Of a stretch of 64,000 bases of DNA, positions 13,616 through 27,849 are shown in pieces; position 1 is the stretch's first letter; every line of letters starts with the position of its first letter. The translations under genes and the position numbers were made by a program. The notes under the pieces are model-generated. The model was not told where the DNA came from, ran no database searches, and was given only the letters and a program-made list of their open reading frames with translations. Origin of the DNA: Cenococcum geophilum (Eukaryota); contig CP158635.1 in assembly GCA_050273025.1 (NCBI GenBank), positions 20,460,001 through 20,524,000 of the forward strand, given 5' to 3'.

Positions 13616-16600
13616 TGTTACGGACGCTTTAAGTACAATATTATAACTACTTGGAGAAGAGACGGAAGAAGCTAGTTGGTTAATTTAGGTACGGTCTAGG
13701 ATAGAGCCAATAGAGCTATATAACGAGGAATAGTAACTAAGGTTATATAACGTAATCTATATAATCTATAGGATCTATATAATCTGTAACAGAGTAGACA
13801 AAGCACACGTATATTACGTATAAGAAGGATTTTATAAGAGTACGGTTATATATTTAAGGACCCTTAATCCCTACCTAGATAGTTCCTTCCTTATAGTGAT
13901 TCTCAGAATATAATTAGAGTTAATCTATTAGGCAACTACTCCACCAGTTATTATTACGTTGTTAACTTTAACTTATATTACCTATATACCTAGCCTAATA
14001 ATAAGCCTACCGTAGTTCCTACTATAAGGTTCCGTTATATAATTACTACCTAGTTACAGTATTAAGTATAAAAAGTTAAACAATATGCTACCAAAAGCAG
14101 CCACTTACGCCATTGACGGCAGCAACTATATTAGGGTTAGTTAACGACACTAGTATAGCAGATACTAACTTACAGCAACCTATAACAGTTGGATAGTTAT
14201 AAGAGATAGTTGACCAGTTAATAGAAAATAATGTAATGTTAGAAAATAGGATTAACGGGATAGGCGTAGTAAAGGTTAAGTTACTATCAATCAAAAGGTA
14301 CTTAGGAGAAAGATTAAAGCTTAAAGGATTCCTTACGCAAATGCACTTTAAGGTCGCGCAAGAAGGAGCTAAGTTGGCAATACCTATGGATTAAATAGCG
14401 TACGTAGGATTGTTTTTAACAGGAAGAGCACTTAAATGGTTTAAGCCTTCCTTATAGAAATCTAGGTAAACGGAATAACAACTATAAACTAAGAGGTACG
14501 GTTTATATTTTTAAGCTAGAATAGATTTATAGAACGACTTATATAAATATTTGGAGACCTAAAGGCAGTAACTATAGCGGAAGGAAAACTCTAAGACATT
14601 ACGTAACAAACCTTAGCAATTAAGTATATAAACGTAGTTCCAGACGTTAGCAATATAAGTTAAGTAGAATAATAGGGCGCTTATAGCATAGTATAAACAG
14701 GCTAAAGTTTAGGACGTAATTATCCTAATAGAAGATGCGGATACCCTAAGGGAACTAATAGATTAAGTAATTAAGATTAATAATTGGATCTACTAAAGGG
14801 AATAGGCTAAGAAAGGTTAGGATAGAGTTCTATAGTTATATAAGGTATAAAGTACGCAATAACCTAAGCTAAGTTAGAAACTATAGTATGGCGTAGAGCT
14901 AATAGACCTAAGTGGTACTAAAGAAGCCTATAAGAGATAGAGTAGAAAACTGTAGAAACCTAGAGGATAAGAATTAAGTAATTAAAGGTCTAAGGAGCAG
15001 AGGCCAAACTAGGGATCTTAGTAGTAGAAGATGTTTAGGTAAACTCTATAACAAAGGCAATAGTTTAAAGAAGGAGCTTATATAAATTGCGGAAAATAAG
15101 GTTACTTTGCGAGGGATTATAAAGATAGTTAGAAGTACTATATAATAAAGGGAACTAGACTAATGGTAGACGATATATACGTATAGAGGGATAATAATAC
15201 GCTGCGAAGAACAAAAGAGTATTTAATTAAAAGTTTCGCGTTTTATTATAATAACGCATACCGAATTTATAAAGACGCTAAGTATAGTATAAGCTATTGG
15301 CTATAGGAGCCAGTACCTATAGGATATAGAAGAACTAATAAACTAGTTTACAGATCGGACATTAAGGATAATAAATTTAACGTAGGCAAAACATTTTATA
15401 ACGATAAGGTAATAAGAGCGGTTTACTAGGAACGCGCAGCTATTAGAGATGTTATACTAAAGGTAAAAGATAATTCTACTATAGAACAGGGAATATTAGT
15501 TAGGATTAAGACCCTACTAGATATAATGTTTATCGCTTTACGAGATATAAGAGAAGTAGGGTAGTAAACCACTTTGGTACTTAATAAAGGCAAAAGGCTA
15601 TAGGCTTAAGATTCTTATAGTAAGATAAGAGACAACTAAGATTCTTAAGATAAGATAAGGTAAGCTTAAGGACCTATAACGGACGATAACCGATAAAGTA
15701 GAGTAGTAGCTTAGTTTAAGAATATACGAATAAGCTTAGGATAAAGTTTCCCACAAGCACAAGATTCTTAAGACGAGATAAGTGAGATTTAAGACTTTTA
15801 AGATAAGATAAGAATACTAAAAAAGCCTAGTTGGACTAAGGCTAGAGCTAAGCTTAAGTTAGAAGTAAGCTTAGGATTAAAGAATCTAAGGAGTTAAGAA
15901 TTCGGGGTATAAATTAGGACACCTATAGATAAGAGGTAAGAAGCTTCTTTATAGATTAGAGAATCTGTAATATAAATAGTAACTAGACTAGAAGACAGAT
16001 ATATAAACTTAGAGGACTTACTAGTAGAACGTAGTGTTTAGACTAAAGATTAAAAAGTTAATACTAAGATTAAGAAGCAAGACGACTTTAAGGATTAAAG
16101 CACAAGATGCAAACTAAAGGAAACTATAGAGGAGTTTAGATAAAGAATTATTGTATAACAAGAATAGAAACTAGATAAGAGATCTAGTATATTAGGATAT
16201 ATAAAGGACAGAGCGCTAATACAAAGAATTACTAATAGGCCTAGGGTAGGTATACTAAGAGCTAAGTAGCTTACCGAACTAGAAAATAAAGAGGATTTAG
16301 GAATTTCTATTAGGTTCAAGGAACGATATATAAAGGGTTGTTATAACGTAGTAATAAGAAGATACTTCCTTATAGATAAGCCGTATACACTCCAGCAGCT
16401 ATACTAAAAGTGGTATAGGTAAAGACATAACGATAAATAGGAAGATTTCTATATATAGTTAGATAAAAAAGTTATCTAAGACTACCTAATTATAGAAAAG
16501 GCTATAACTTATATTAAGGGAGCCTTAATTATAATATTAAAAGATTTAAAGGAATAATTAGAGGACTAGAGAAGCGAGAGACATATTTTAGTACCTACAA

Positions 16601-19600
16601 ATAAAACCGTAACGTTTAGATCAGCACAATAGAGGTTTAAACTTAAGGATAAAGACAAGCCAAAAGTTAACCTAAAGCACCTAGCACACTATACGCTGTT
16701 ATAGATTATATATATAGACGACATATATAAAATATACAAAAATCTAAAGAAAAAGAATTAAAAATACCTTATAAGGATATATTAGATAATAAATAAGCAA
16801 TAATATAGAAATGCTAAATATATATATAGATAGCATCCAGCAGAGGTTTAAGAGGAAGGAGATTTAATACTTTAACTAGGAAGATTCCTTATAGAAGAAT
16901 GCTTAGACGGATAATAGTAGTGGAAGCCTAGAGAACACGTGTTTATAGTATATTAAAGACAAAAAGCGAACTAGGTATTGGCTAAAGAGTAAGCTAAGTA
17001 CAGTAGGATTAAGTAGCTAATAGTTAAGAAAAGTAGAGGCCTATAGAACCAGAGGGAGCTAGTGGTAAAGCCTTAGACCCTTAAAGGAATTTAAGGACGG
17101 CACCTAAATTTACGAGTTAAATAGCAAGATTAGTAGTTTAAAGCGCTAATAAATAGTAGAGTAACGCAAAACTATATCTTACTAGTAGTAGTTAAGAAAA
17201 TAGGACTACCTTATAGATAGAAGGAGTAATTTTACCTATTAGTTATAATTTTAGGAGATCCAATAGCCTACGGAGGAGGGATTATTAATCTTAAAATAGG
17301 GCCTATTTAGATAACTATTAAAGGGAAATAAATCGAGATATCTTTTAATATCCTACTATTGGGACAAAATAAGGCAGTATTAGGGATGCCTTAGTTACAG
17401 GAATATAATCTAAAGATTAATTAGATTATAGGTTAGGTCGATATTAGGGATACTTAACGCCATAAGATATAATAATAAGCTAAGTTAGTATAGTACTAAG
17501 TTGGAGTAATATATAAAGAGACTGAGCGAGGCTTAAGTTATATACTAAAAAGATACTATAAGTATAGTAAAAAACTATAGTTACCGGAAAGTAAAAAGCT
17601 GTTAGATTATATAGTATAGAACTATAAAATAGAATTAAAACCAGGAATAAGTTTAAGGTTCTTTTTAATCTATAAGCTTACTAAAGAAGAGGGTAGAGCA
17701 TTAAAAGAGTTTATCTAAAAAAATCTATAAAAGGGATATATTAGACTATTACAGTCATTAGCGGGTTATCCAATGCTATTTATACTAAAGAAAAATAGTA
17801 AACTAAGGCTGTGTATTAACTGTAGATAGTTAAATAGTATTATAAGAAAGAATAGGTATCCTTTACCCTTAATTAGCGAAATCTAAGATAGGATAGGCAA
17901 CGCGTAAATCTTTATAAAGATAGATCTAAGATAGGCGTACTATTAAATTAGAATTAAGGAAGGCAACAAATAAAAGGCAGCCTTTAGGTTAAAGGAAGGG
18001 CTATATAAACTATTAGTTATACAATTTAGGCTTATAAACGTACTAGTAACGTTTTAGAAGCGTATTAATAATATATTAGGAGAATACTTAGATGAATTTG
18101 TTATAGTATACCTCGATAATATTATTATCTACTTAATAACTAAGGAAAAATACGGGGAATATATTAAATAGGTTTTAAAGAGACTATAGGAAGAATAGAT
18201 GCTAGTAGCAATTAAGAAATACAAGTTCTTTACTAGGAAGACTAATTTTATTAGATTTATTATTAAACTAGGCTAACTTAGTATAGATCTAAAAAAGATT
18301 AAGGCTATAGTAAATTAGTAAGAACCAGAAAACGTTATATAGTTAAGATTATTCTTAGGGTTTTGCAATTACTATAGAAGGTTTATAGCGCAGTAGTTAA
18401 AGGATATTAAACCACTTACGCGACTAATAAAAAAAAGAAGAACTATGGGCATAAAAAAAGGAGCAGTAAGAACTATTTAAGAAAATTAAGGAATTATTTA
18501 CCTAGGAGCCAGTTCTTAAGATCTATTAACTAGGACTAGAAACGGTTATAGAAATAGATATATTAGACTATATACTAGGGGCGTGCTTTATATAGAAATA
18601 TTAAGATAGATAGCACCTAGTGGTATACTATAGTTAAAAGATAATACTACTAGAGTTAAACTATAACATTTATAATAAGGAGTTATTAGGTATAGTTATA
18701 GTATTAAAAAAATAGAGAGCATTCTTATAAGGTATAGAGAAACTATTTATAGTTAAGATAGATTATAAGAACCTAATAGGATTTCTAATAACAAAGGAAC
18801 TTAACTAAAGATAGGTTAGATAGGTAGAGATGCTTACAGAATACTATTTTAAGATTTAGTATATTAAGGGTATAGACAATATACAAGTAGATACTCTAAG
18901 TTAAAAAGCTAAACTATAAAATAAGGGAAAGCTATTAGGGGCTTTACTGCAAAAGGATATAGATAGATTAATTAGGTATAATTATCCAAAAATTATAGCA
19001 ACTTAAGAGAGTGACAAATTAGAGAAAGTCTATAAGATACTAGAAAGCTTTTAGGTATAAAGAATTTTAAAGGCATAGCTAGAAGATCTATAGTCGGATA
19101 TATATGAAAATTAAGAAGTAAAGTATATCCTAAAAAGCATAGCAGAGCAATTTATAGAGGAATTTATAAGGGATTAACCTAAGGACATAATAGAGCCATA
19201 GGCTTAGTGTTAAGACTCTAAAAGGAGTATATTATTAACAGAATTTAGAGAATAGCTAGGAAGGTTATAAAAGAATACCTAGATTGCTAAAGAAATAAAC
19301 TAATAAGGCATAAGCTATATAGAGGGCTATAACCTATTAAAATACTAGAGAGACTATAGGAGGTTATATTATAGGACTTTATTATTAAATTACTAAAGTT
19401 AAGAGATCCTATTACCGGATAAGATTATAACGTAATCTTAGTAATAGTAGACAAGCTTATAAAGTAGGGATACTTTATAGCATATACAGAAGAAATCTTA
19501 GCGGAAGATATCGCTAGAATTTAAGACATAGAGCACTAAGTAAAATTATATTAGATAAAGATCTAAGATTTATAGTAGTATTCTAGGAGGTATTTTTAGC

Positions 19601-19772
19601 GGAATAAGGAGTTAGAGCAGTAACTTCTACCACATATTATCCGTAGATAGACGGTTAAACGGAAAGATTAAACTAGATACTAGAGTAGTATCTAAGGCAT
19701 TATATTAATTATATATAGAATAATTAGGTATCGCTATTACTAGTTATATAGTTTATATATAATGCAACACCT

Positions 19773-22700
19773 CTAAAACCCATTTAAAGCCATAACAGCA
19801 GCAAAACCAGCTTAAAAACCACTTAATAAAGCAACCCAATATTAGAATCCTATTCCCCACACCAAGAAACCCTATAAAACCACGCCGCCCCCCATTTAGA
19901 GCATAGGGGACGACGGAGGGGCGTAGGCTCCCCACTAAAGTCATAAGAGTCGTAACGCGTAGGAGCCGAACCACAAACTAGGTAGGTAATAACGCGAAAA
20001 GGACAGCTGCTAGCAATAGTAAAAACTAAAGGAAATACTTAAACAAATTAAAGACAATCTTATAAAAGAGGAAAAAGAAACTCTATAGTACTAGATATTT
20101 ACCTTAGTCTAAGAGGCAATATAGTATATTAAAGCCCTCTTAACGCGTTTAGTTCCCTAAACAACCTAAGAATAAGAGACTAAGGCCCAGCTTAACCAAA
20201 TTAAAGCTAGTATTAAGAAAATCCAAAAAGAAACGCATAAAGGAGGACCCCTAGGCTTAGGAGTTCCCCTAGTATAGGTCCAAACCTAGGCAGCTATTGC
20301 TGCGTAGGCGGCCCGCATAGTAAACGCAGTCGCGGCACTATAGAGAGCGAGTGTACGCGTCCAGCTTAAGGAGCCCTAGGGCTATAAACTAGGGGAGCTT
20401 CTTAAGACTATTTAGAAAATAATATTAAGCGTATATACCGTACGCACCCTTAATAGTAGGGACGTAGATATCTATATCTCCTCCTAAATAATAAAAAACT
20501 AAATCCTAAATGGGCTAGACGCGCCAGAACTTAGGATACTAAGGAAAGATTATCTCCTAAAAGTACCGGGAGTCCTACTTAAGACTCTAATTAATAGTAA
20601 AAGGGATGTAGACAATTTAAAATTAACTTAATCTATTTATAAAGCTACAAAGCGCCTCATGCCTAGGATAGCTATTAGCCGGATCCAATAGCTACACGAC
20701 CCTAAAGCATAGGCAAAACGCTAGGTAAACTCCAGCAGCGCCTAGAGAGAACCTAAGAAGACTAGGGGAATAATTATAATTAGCATCCTAACCTAAGCAA
20801 TTTAGTAAAAGATTATAAAAAGCAGAATAGTTATTAAATCCTAGCTTTTTAAAACTAGGCTATTTAAAAATAGCGTAATTATAAAGTAATACTACCGCTA
20901 TAATTAATAGGGGTATATATAAAGCGTATACGGAAAGTAAATAAAATATAGGTAATATACGGGACTATATAACACTACAGATTGCCCTAAGAAAAGGGTA
21001 TCCTATACTAACTACGGTAAAGCCTATAAAGTATAGCAAAGAAAAGAGTATAGGACCTTTTAAAGCTACCTTAAAGGTATCTAAATAAAGAGGATGGCCC
21101 TCTTAACGCAGTCGCTCCGTATATAAGAAGCCGCAGAAATAATATACCAACCCTTAATACCAGGAAACCTTATAATTAGCACTAATAAGAAAAGAGGATA
21201 GGAAATATCTTACCTAGGGACCTAAAAATAACTACTTAAACAAAGACCAGGCAAACCATCTTTTATTAAAATAGTAAGTAGAAATAGATTATAATTAAGG
21301 CTCCGGCTTCGCGCCAATAGAGTAATAATAGTTAATAGCGAAAACGAAGAGGAATAGGATACAGACATAGATAAGCCTACACCCACTTTAAATAAGTAAG
21401 TGTATAATTATCTAGTATAACTGCGGAAATGCAAACTAAGGGGCGTGTCGCCCCTTCTTTAATAGCGTCACGCTGGCGGACTACTAGGTCCTTATAATTT
21501 AGGAGCTAGCATATAATAGATATACTAAATTAACATACTGCCCTAGGGGATTCACACTTATATACGACGCTCTCCCTATAACAAAGGTCTGCTTTATAAT
21601 TAGCTAGAATATTAACGCCGCGTATTAGAAGCGCAGATAGTACGGCCCCTTTACCGCAGCCCTTTAGGTACGCCTAAAGGGGCTAGAGGCCATAATTATC
21701 AATATCTATAACCCGCGCGAAGATGGCCCTTAGATTAGGGCATGGCCTAAGGTTAAAATAGCTATTAAGGAAGCCAAGGGAGAAATCATACTCTTAGGTG
21801 ACTTTAACGCCTACTACCCAATATAGGGCGGAAAGTATATAGCTAGTAAAGAGCAGGCGGAACGCCTTCTGGCCAAAACCGATGCTAGAGGCCTAGTACT
21901 CACTACACTAAAAGGAGAGCCTATATAGAAAAGAGGGCAATAGGAGAGTATAATAGACCTCATATTTATATCACCAGATCTATATAAAAAAGTTAACTTT
22001 TATAGTATAGTTGAGGAATGGGCCCTTATAAGAGACTATATACCAATCCACATCTAAATTAATAACGCCGGCTGTCCACTAGCGGAACGCCAGTGCCTCG
22101 CCCTTAAGAAGCTAAACTTATAGGGCTTTCTCCAAAGCATCTAGGAGCTTAACTGGACTATATCTAAAGACCCCTTTTAAGCCCTTTAGGAAGGGATTAA
22201 GTAAGTACTTAAAGAACACTACCTATAAGCACAGCCTAGCCGGCAGGCCCGTTAAAAATAGTCGCTATAGGCTATATAGCTCCACGCCAGCGCCTAATAG
22301 GCGCGATAATAGCTCTAAGCTTATAATAACCCCGAGGACCACTAAAGATATTTAGCATTAAATAACTAACTATAAAAAGAGACTAGGAGAGTTAATCGTA
22401 ATAACTAAAAACGCTTTATTTATAAACTTACTAAAGACTAGTTAAAACCATATAATAAGGGACTTTAGACTCTATTAAAATGGAGTAGAAAAGTAAGCGT
22501 AGTAAAGGCGAACCCCTATTTACTAGACCTTAGGAGGTCTACCAAGGATCCCTTAATAGACAATAATATTATAAAGGCTAATATCCTTGTAGCTAAGTTC
22601 TTTTCTAAAACTAGAATAGCAGACCTTAGCGATATAGAGATAATAAGGGAACAAAATATACTTAATATTAGCCCTACTATCTTAATAAAAGAAATCGGTA

Positions 22701-25045
22701 AGCTTATTAGGAGTCTTCTAAATAGAAAAGCCCTAGGGCTAGATGGTATACCAAATAAGGTCCTTAAAGTAGTTACCCTAATTATTATAAAAGATTTAGC
22801 AGAAGTAGCTAGTTATTACTTTGCCAGCGGAATAATACCAGAAAGCCTTAAAGAATCTATAACTATAGTGTTATATAAAGAAGGAAAGAAAGACTACTCT
22901 CTCCTAGGCAGCTATAGACCAATTACCCTTAAAAATACGCTAGTAAAAGTTCTAGAAAAGCACGTAGCTAATATTATATCTAAGGCTGCGGAGGAGTATA
23001 GACTACTCCCTTAGAACTAGATAGGAGCAAGGCATAAATGATCTATACTATTAGCGGTAGGACTACTTAGCTCTTGCGTATAAACGGCGTGGCGAATGCG
23101 CCGCGGGTATATAGTATTAATGCTAAGCCTAGACTTAGTAGGGGCATTTAATAACATCTCCTATAAAAGGCTCCTCTATATTCTAAAAAGAAAAGGCTTT
23201 TTAAAGTAGCTTATAAACTTTATATAAAGCTTCCTAACAGCATATAAAACCCGTATTAAGTTTATAGAATATAAAAGCAACTAGATCCAAACACAGATAG
23301 GTATCCCCTAGGGGTTACCCTTATTACTAATCTTATTCCTCTTTTTTATATTAGAGCTATTAAAGGAATTCTAGTGCCCCAATAGCAGTATACTAGGGTT
23401 TAGCTTTATAGACGATATAAACCTTATTACCTAGGGGGACTCCACGGCAGAGAACTGTCGATAATTAGAGGCCGCCTATAACTGCTGCGCTATATAGGCA
23501 AATCGATACAGGGCGGCGTTCGCCCCTAAGAAGTACTAGCTTATGCACTTTATAAGGCGACGGCGCCACGCCACTATAGACCTTGCGTCCACCGTGCGTA
23601 TTGCCGGCTGCGAGATAGCCCCCTAGAAAACCAGCATGCGAGTCCTAGGGATCTGGGTAGACCCTAAGCTCTAATGGAAAGAACAGGTTAAAAAGGCCGT
23701 AAGTAAGGGCTTAGTAGCCTTTAAAGCGATGTTAAGAATTACCGCGTCTATATGGGGCCTATTAATGCGCCGCTTACGCCTTCTATATACAGCCACCGTC
23801 CGACTAGCAATGCTATATAGCGCCTAAGTGTGGGGAGTATAAGACGACGGCGGAACGCTAGCAAAAAGCTTACTTAAACCACTACAGAAAGTCTAGAACT
23901 AGTGTCTCCGTAGGGTTATAGGAGCATACTAGTAAACACTAATAGCTATAATAGAGAAGGAAGCGGCTATTCCCCTAATCCAACTCTATATTAAAACGAT
24001 AGCCCTCTAAAGAGCCGCTAAGACGGCCTCTAATAGGGTAGAAAAGGAATTAGCAGAGGCACTTAACGGTATCTAGAATATATTAGTAAAGCGCCAGCAA
24101 AAAATAAAACGGCCACTAGTACTATTAGAAGCGCTTAGGGAACGCGTAAAGGACCATAAAAATAAGATATAAGGCTTCCTCGCGCACTAGAAGGACTATA
24201 TAGAGCAAAAAGCTATAATAAACCCCTATAAGCGTGGCCAGCAGAACGCCGGCAGAGCGTAGGCAGAGCGCCGCCACTGTATAGAAGGTCACCAGCACTA
24301 AAGGCAGGCAACTACCTTTATCGCGAAATAGGCAGATTTAGAATAGCGATAACGGTGGCAGGTAAAGGCTAAAGACCGCATAGAAACCATATAAAAGACC
24401 CTATAGGGGAAACCTATAATCCTATTATACAAAGGCCTAACAAAAGTAAAGGCTATAGTACTATTTCTCCTTTATATAGAGGTAATAGGGCTTAATATAT
24501 AGCTTACATCCGTTAGTGTACCAGCGGTTTTCCTATAGTGCGAATATAGCTAAATAAGGCAGATAGTCCACTATATGTTACTCCAGTGTCCACACTACTA
24601 AAGGGCGGACTTTATAGCAAAATGCGCCTCTAAACGCCTTTAGGATGTTTTAAATAATAAAGAAAGCGCCTAAGCAGTAGCAAAATGGCTAGTAGAGTTA
24701 GGTATTTTACCCCAGTTTTAGGCAGTAAAGGTAATAAATGCAGAGGATATAAGTAGATACTAGCCCTTTTAAAGCCTAGAGGACTAGTAAAAGAATAAGA
24801 ATAAAAGGATAAGGAAAGAAGGGGGTAAAGTAAGATTGTCCGCGAAGCGCGGCCAGTTAGCTTAATATGCAGACTTAAAGGTAGGTAGAAGGCAAGTCGC
24901 CAGCGCTCCAATGTCGGAACGCTGCCATCTCTCCAGCGTGGCCCGAGGTGGGGTTTTCTCTAAGTTAGAGTTTTTCCTATAGAAGGTATTAGCCTGTGTG
25001 GACCCACTAGGGGGACCGGGACGAGCGGTAAATTAAATTTATTAT
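19773..25045 (+). mobile_element. Full-length Tad1-like LINE inserted in the integrase region of Gypsy C
   Basis: 15-bp TSD TATAATGCAACACCT (19758-19772, 25046-25060); the empty site is present in copy D (~53846). ORF1 Cys/His knuckles ~20890; ORF2 endonuclease LLGDFNAHHP ~21790, RT PQGSPLSPILF ~23306 and F(V)DD ~23406; ATT-rich tail. Confidence 0.93.
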
Positions 25046-25610
25046 TATAATGCAACACCTTAAGAAGGTATAGGTATATTACTATTTAAGGCAAATTACG
25101 GATATAAGCTAAGAATATTATTATTACTATAATAAGCGAAGAAAATAAGTAGTATAGCTAAAGAGAGAATAAAGACGTTAATAAATCTTTATATAGACCT
25201 TATAGAATTAGTAAAGAAAGTATAAAAGAGAATAAAAAGGTACTATAATACTAAGAAATCTAAGGGACCAGATCTTAAGGAGGGAGATAAAGTATAGCTA
25301 CTATATAAAATTTTCAAGAGTTAACGATTAAGTAAGAAGTTAGACTATATTAGACTAGGACCTTTTAAAATTATAAAAAGAATTTTACCAGTTACGTTTA
25401 AGTTAAACCTACTAGCTAAAATAAAGATCTACCCTATATAGCATATCGTAATGCTAGAGCTAGCATACGGGAATATTAAGCTACTAGTTTATAAAGTAGA
25501 CATATATAAAGGGCAGGAAGAAGATAAATAGTAAGTTTTAAAAATCGTTAGTTATAAGGACATTAATAACAAAATATAGTATAAGGTTAAGTAAATAGGC
25601 TACACTAAGA

Positions 25611-26316
25611 CTACCTAGGAGCTACTAGAAAATTTAAAGAATGCTATAAGAAAGGTATAGGAGTATTAGAAGAAATTAGGTTAGGTAATATTAATAAAGA
25701 AGGATCGCTAAAGAATAAGTTACCTAAGGGGGACCTAAGAAGAGCAGTTGCCGAGCTACTTAGATCTATTTGATTCTCTATTAGAGAAAAATCTATTCTT
25801 TTATTACTAAGTTCCTATAAACCTTATTCTATAAGTTTCCACTCCTTAAAATAAACCTTCTTACGGACTTTCTTAAGACAGATTAACCAAGCGGACGCCG
25901 TAAGACGAGACTTAAGGGCCCGTTGCTAAGCATTAGTAGCCTCTTATTCTATATTATAGGAACGGCGTAACTTCGCTAGAGTAACAGACAGTTTATTATC
26001 TAGCCGCGTAGCAGTAGATTAAATACGAGACCCTAAGACAAACTAATTAGGGAACTAGACGACTATTAAGAGTAATAGGTTATATATATTTAGCATTAGA
26101 GATAGAGCGAACGTTATAGGACGAATAAACATTTACTTTAGTGTACTCTAAGTAAGAGGACAGTTATCGCGAAGATGGGTTTACTAACGCAATATAAACC
26201 AACCCCTCTTTTAAATAGTAAGAACATAGAGATGGTATAATTTTACCAAGAGACAGTATTATAGTAATAGTGCGAGTACGACGGACAGTTAAAGAAGAAG
26301 AAATTGCTTTAGGTAT
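25611..26316 (-). pseudogene. Antisense spliced accessory ORF of Gypsy C (Zn2Cys6-like plus coiled coil), RIP-inactivated
   Basis: Exon 1 26316-26088, 55-bp intron 26087-26033, exon 2 to ~25611; homologous and in frame with the copy D ORF. Confidence 0.7.
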
Positions 26317-27232
26317 AATAAGCAATAATATTAACTAAATTAATTAGACGGATATTATACTTCTAGTAAACAACTTAGAGATATTTTAAATCTTTAAGGA
26401 TAAAGATAGAAAGAAGGGAGATAGTGTTACGGACGCTTTAAGTACAATATTATAACTACTTAGAGAAGAGACGGAAGAAGCTAGTTAGTTAATTTAGGTA
26501 CGGTTTAAGATAGAGCCGATAGAGCTATGTAATAAGAAATAGTAACTAAGGTTATATAACGTGATCTATATAATCTATAGGATTTATATAATTTATAATA
26601 AAGTAGATAGAGTATATATATATTATATACAAGAAGGATTTTATAAGAGTACAGTTATATATTTAAGGACCCTTAGTCCCTACCTAAATAGTTCCTTCCT
26701 TATAGTAATTCTTAGAATATAATTAGAGTTAATCTATTGGGTAACCACTCCACCAGTTATTATTATATTATTGACTTTAACTTACATTACCTACACATCT
26801 AGCCCAATAACGAGCCTACCGTAGTTCCTACTATAAGGTTCCGTTACAGTTAAGATACTACTATAGATAACTTATCTTATATTAGCAGTAGTATCTAATA
26901 GGCTTTTAGGGGTTTTAGGGCTTTAGCCTTTTAGGAGAATTTTACTAAGGGGTCCTTTAGTACATTCCAAATTTAACTTAAAGTTTACTAGTTATATTAT
27001 AGTTTAAATTAAGACTTAATTATGGTATTGCAGTTATAAAAGTTATATTTTAATACTTTAATTTTTATAATGCAGATGCAAATAAGTTAAATTTACGTAA
27101 TGTTCTAACCTAAATAGGTAGGATCTAAGCCTGTTTAGATAGGGGTGTATATATATTAGTTAGGGGGTATATACGTATCATTTAGGGGGTGTATAATTAT
27201 TGTTAACCTAAATAAACTAACGAATTAAATTA

Positions 27233-27838
27233 GGCTAGCGGTAAATTAACACCCCCTAATTAATATGCGGACACCCCCTACTAATTGAGTTTAGTTCCTT
27301 CCTAATCAAGTTGGAATATCACGTAAATTTAAGTTATTTGCATCCGCATCAGTACGTGACCGTCGCGCGCCTATACCTAAAACATTACCTCGTATTTGCC
27401 TTACCTATTCCCTCCCAGCCTCTAACTGTTAAGGGCCGCCGCGGCTGGCTTTGTTCGCGTTAATATATCGACCTATTATAAGTTATTAGCATCCAAACAA
27501 AGTACCGGGTATACTACGCGTGGACGTGGGCGTGCGCGTAGATATAGGCGCGGGCGCAGGCGCAGGCGTAGACGCGAGGGCGGGCGTGCCTGCAGAGGCG
27601 GTTCGTAGACATTAAGCAGAGGGAGCAGTACCCAAATAAGTTCACGCAGTGCCTCACAGGGTACTGCGCAATTGAGGCATTACAGTTATAAGAGTTATGT
27701 TTTAACAATGTAATTTTCGCGATGTGGATGCAAACAACTTAAATTCACGTGATATTGTAACTTAATTAGGAAGGAACTAAACTCAATTAGTGGGGGGTGT
27801 CCGCGTATCAACTAGGGGGTGTCAATTTACCGCTAGCC
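27233..27838 (+). mobile_element. Non-autonomous MULE derivative (606 bp)
   Basis: ~115-bp TIRs GGCTAGCGGTAAATT... / ...AATTTACCGCTAGCC; 8-bp TSD TTAAATTA; interior homologous to the MULE transposase 3' end (RG-repeat region 13330-13540). Confidence 0.88.
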
Positions 27839-27849
27839 TTAAATTAAAA

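Larger units (their letters stand above)
13616..26848 (+). mobile_element. Full-length Ty3/Gypsy chromovirus copy C (family 1), RIP-inactivated, containing a LINE insertion
   Basis: LTRs 13616-14039 and 26425-26848 (424 bp); TSD GTTAA (13611-13615, 26849-26853); PPT aagaagggagatag. gag ATG 14085, knuckle ~15080, protease ALIDSG ~17143, RT YLDD ~18108, RNase H, integrase, chromodomain ~25520. Confidence 0.95.
11200..27208 (+). mobile_element. Autonomous Mutator-like element (MULE), RIP-inactivated, interrupted by Gypsy C
   Basis: ~140-bp TIRs (GGTTAACAATAATTGTACACCCCC... / ...GGGGGTGTATAATTATTGTTAACC); 8-bp TSD TAAATAAA (11192-11199, 27209-27216); MULE transposase motifs inside. Confidence 0.9.
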
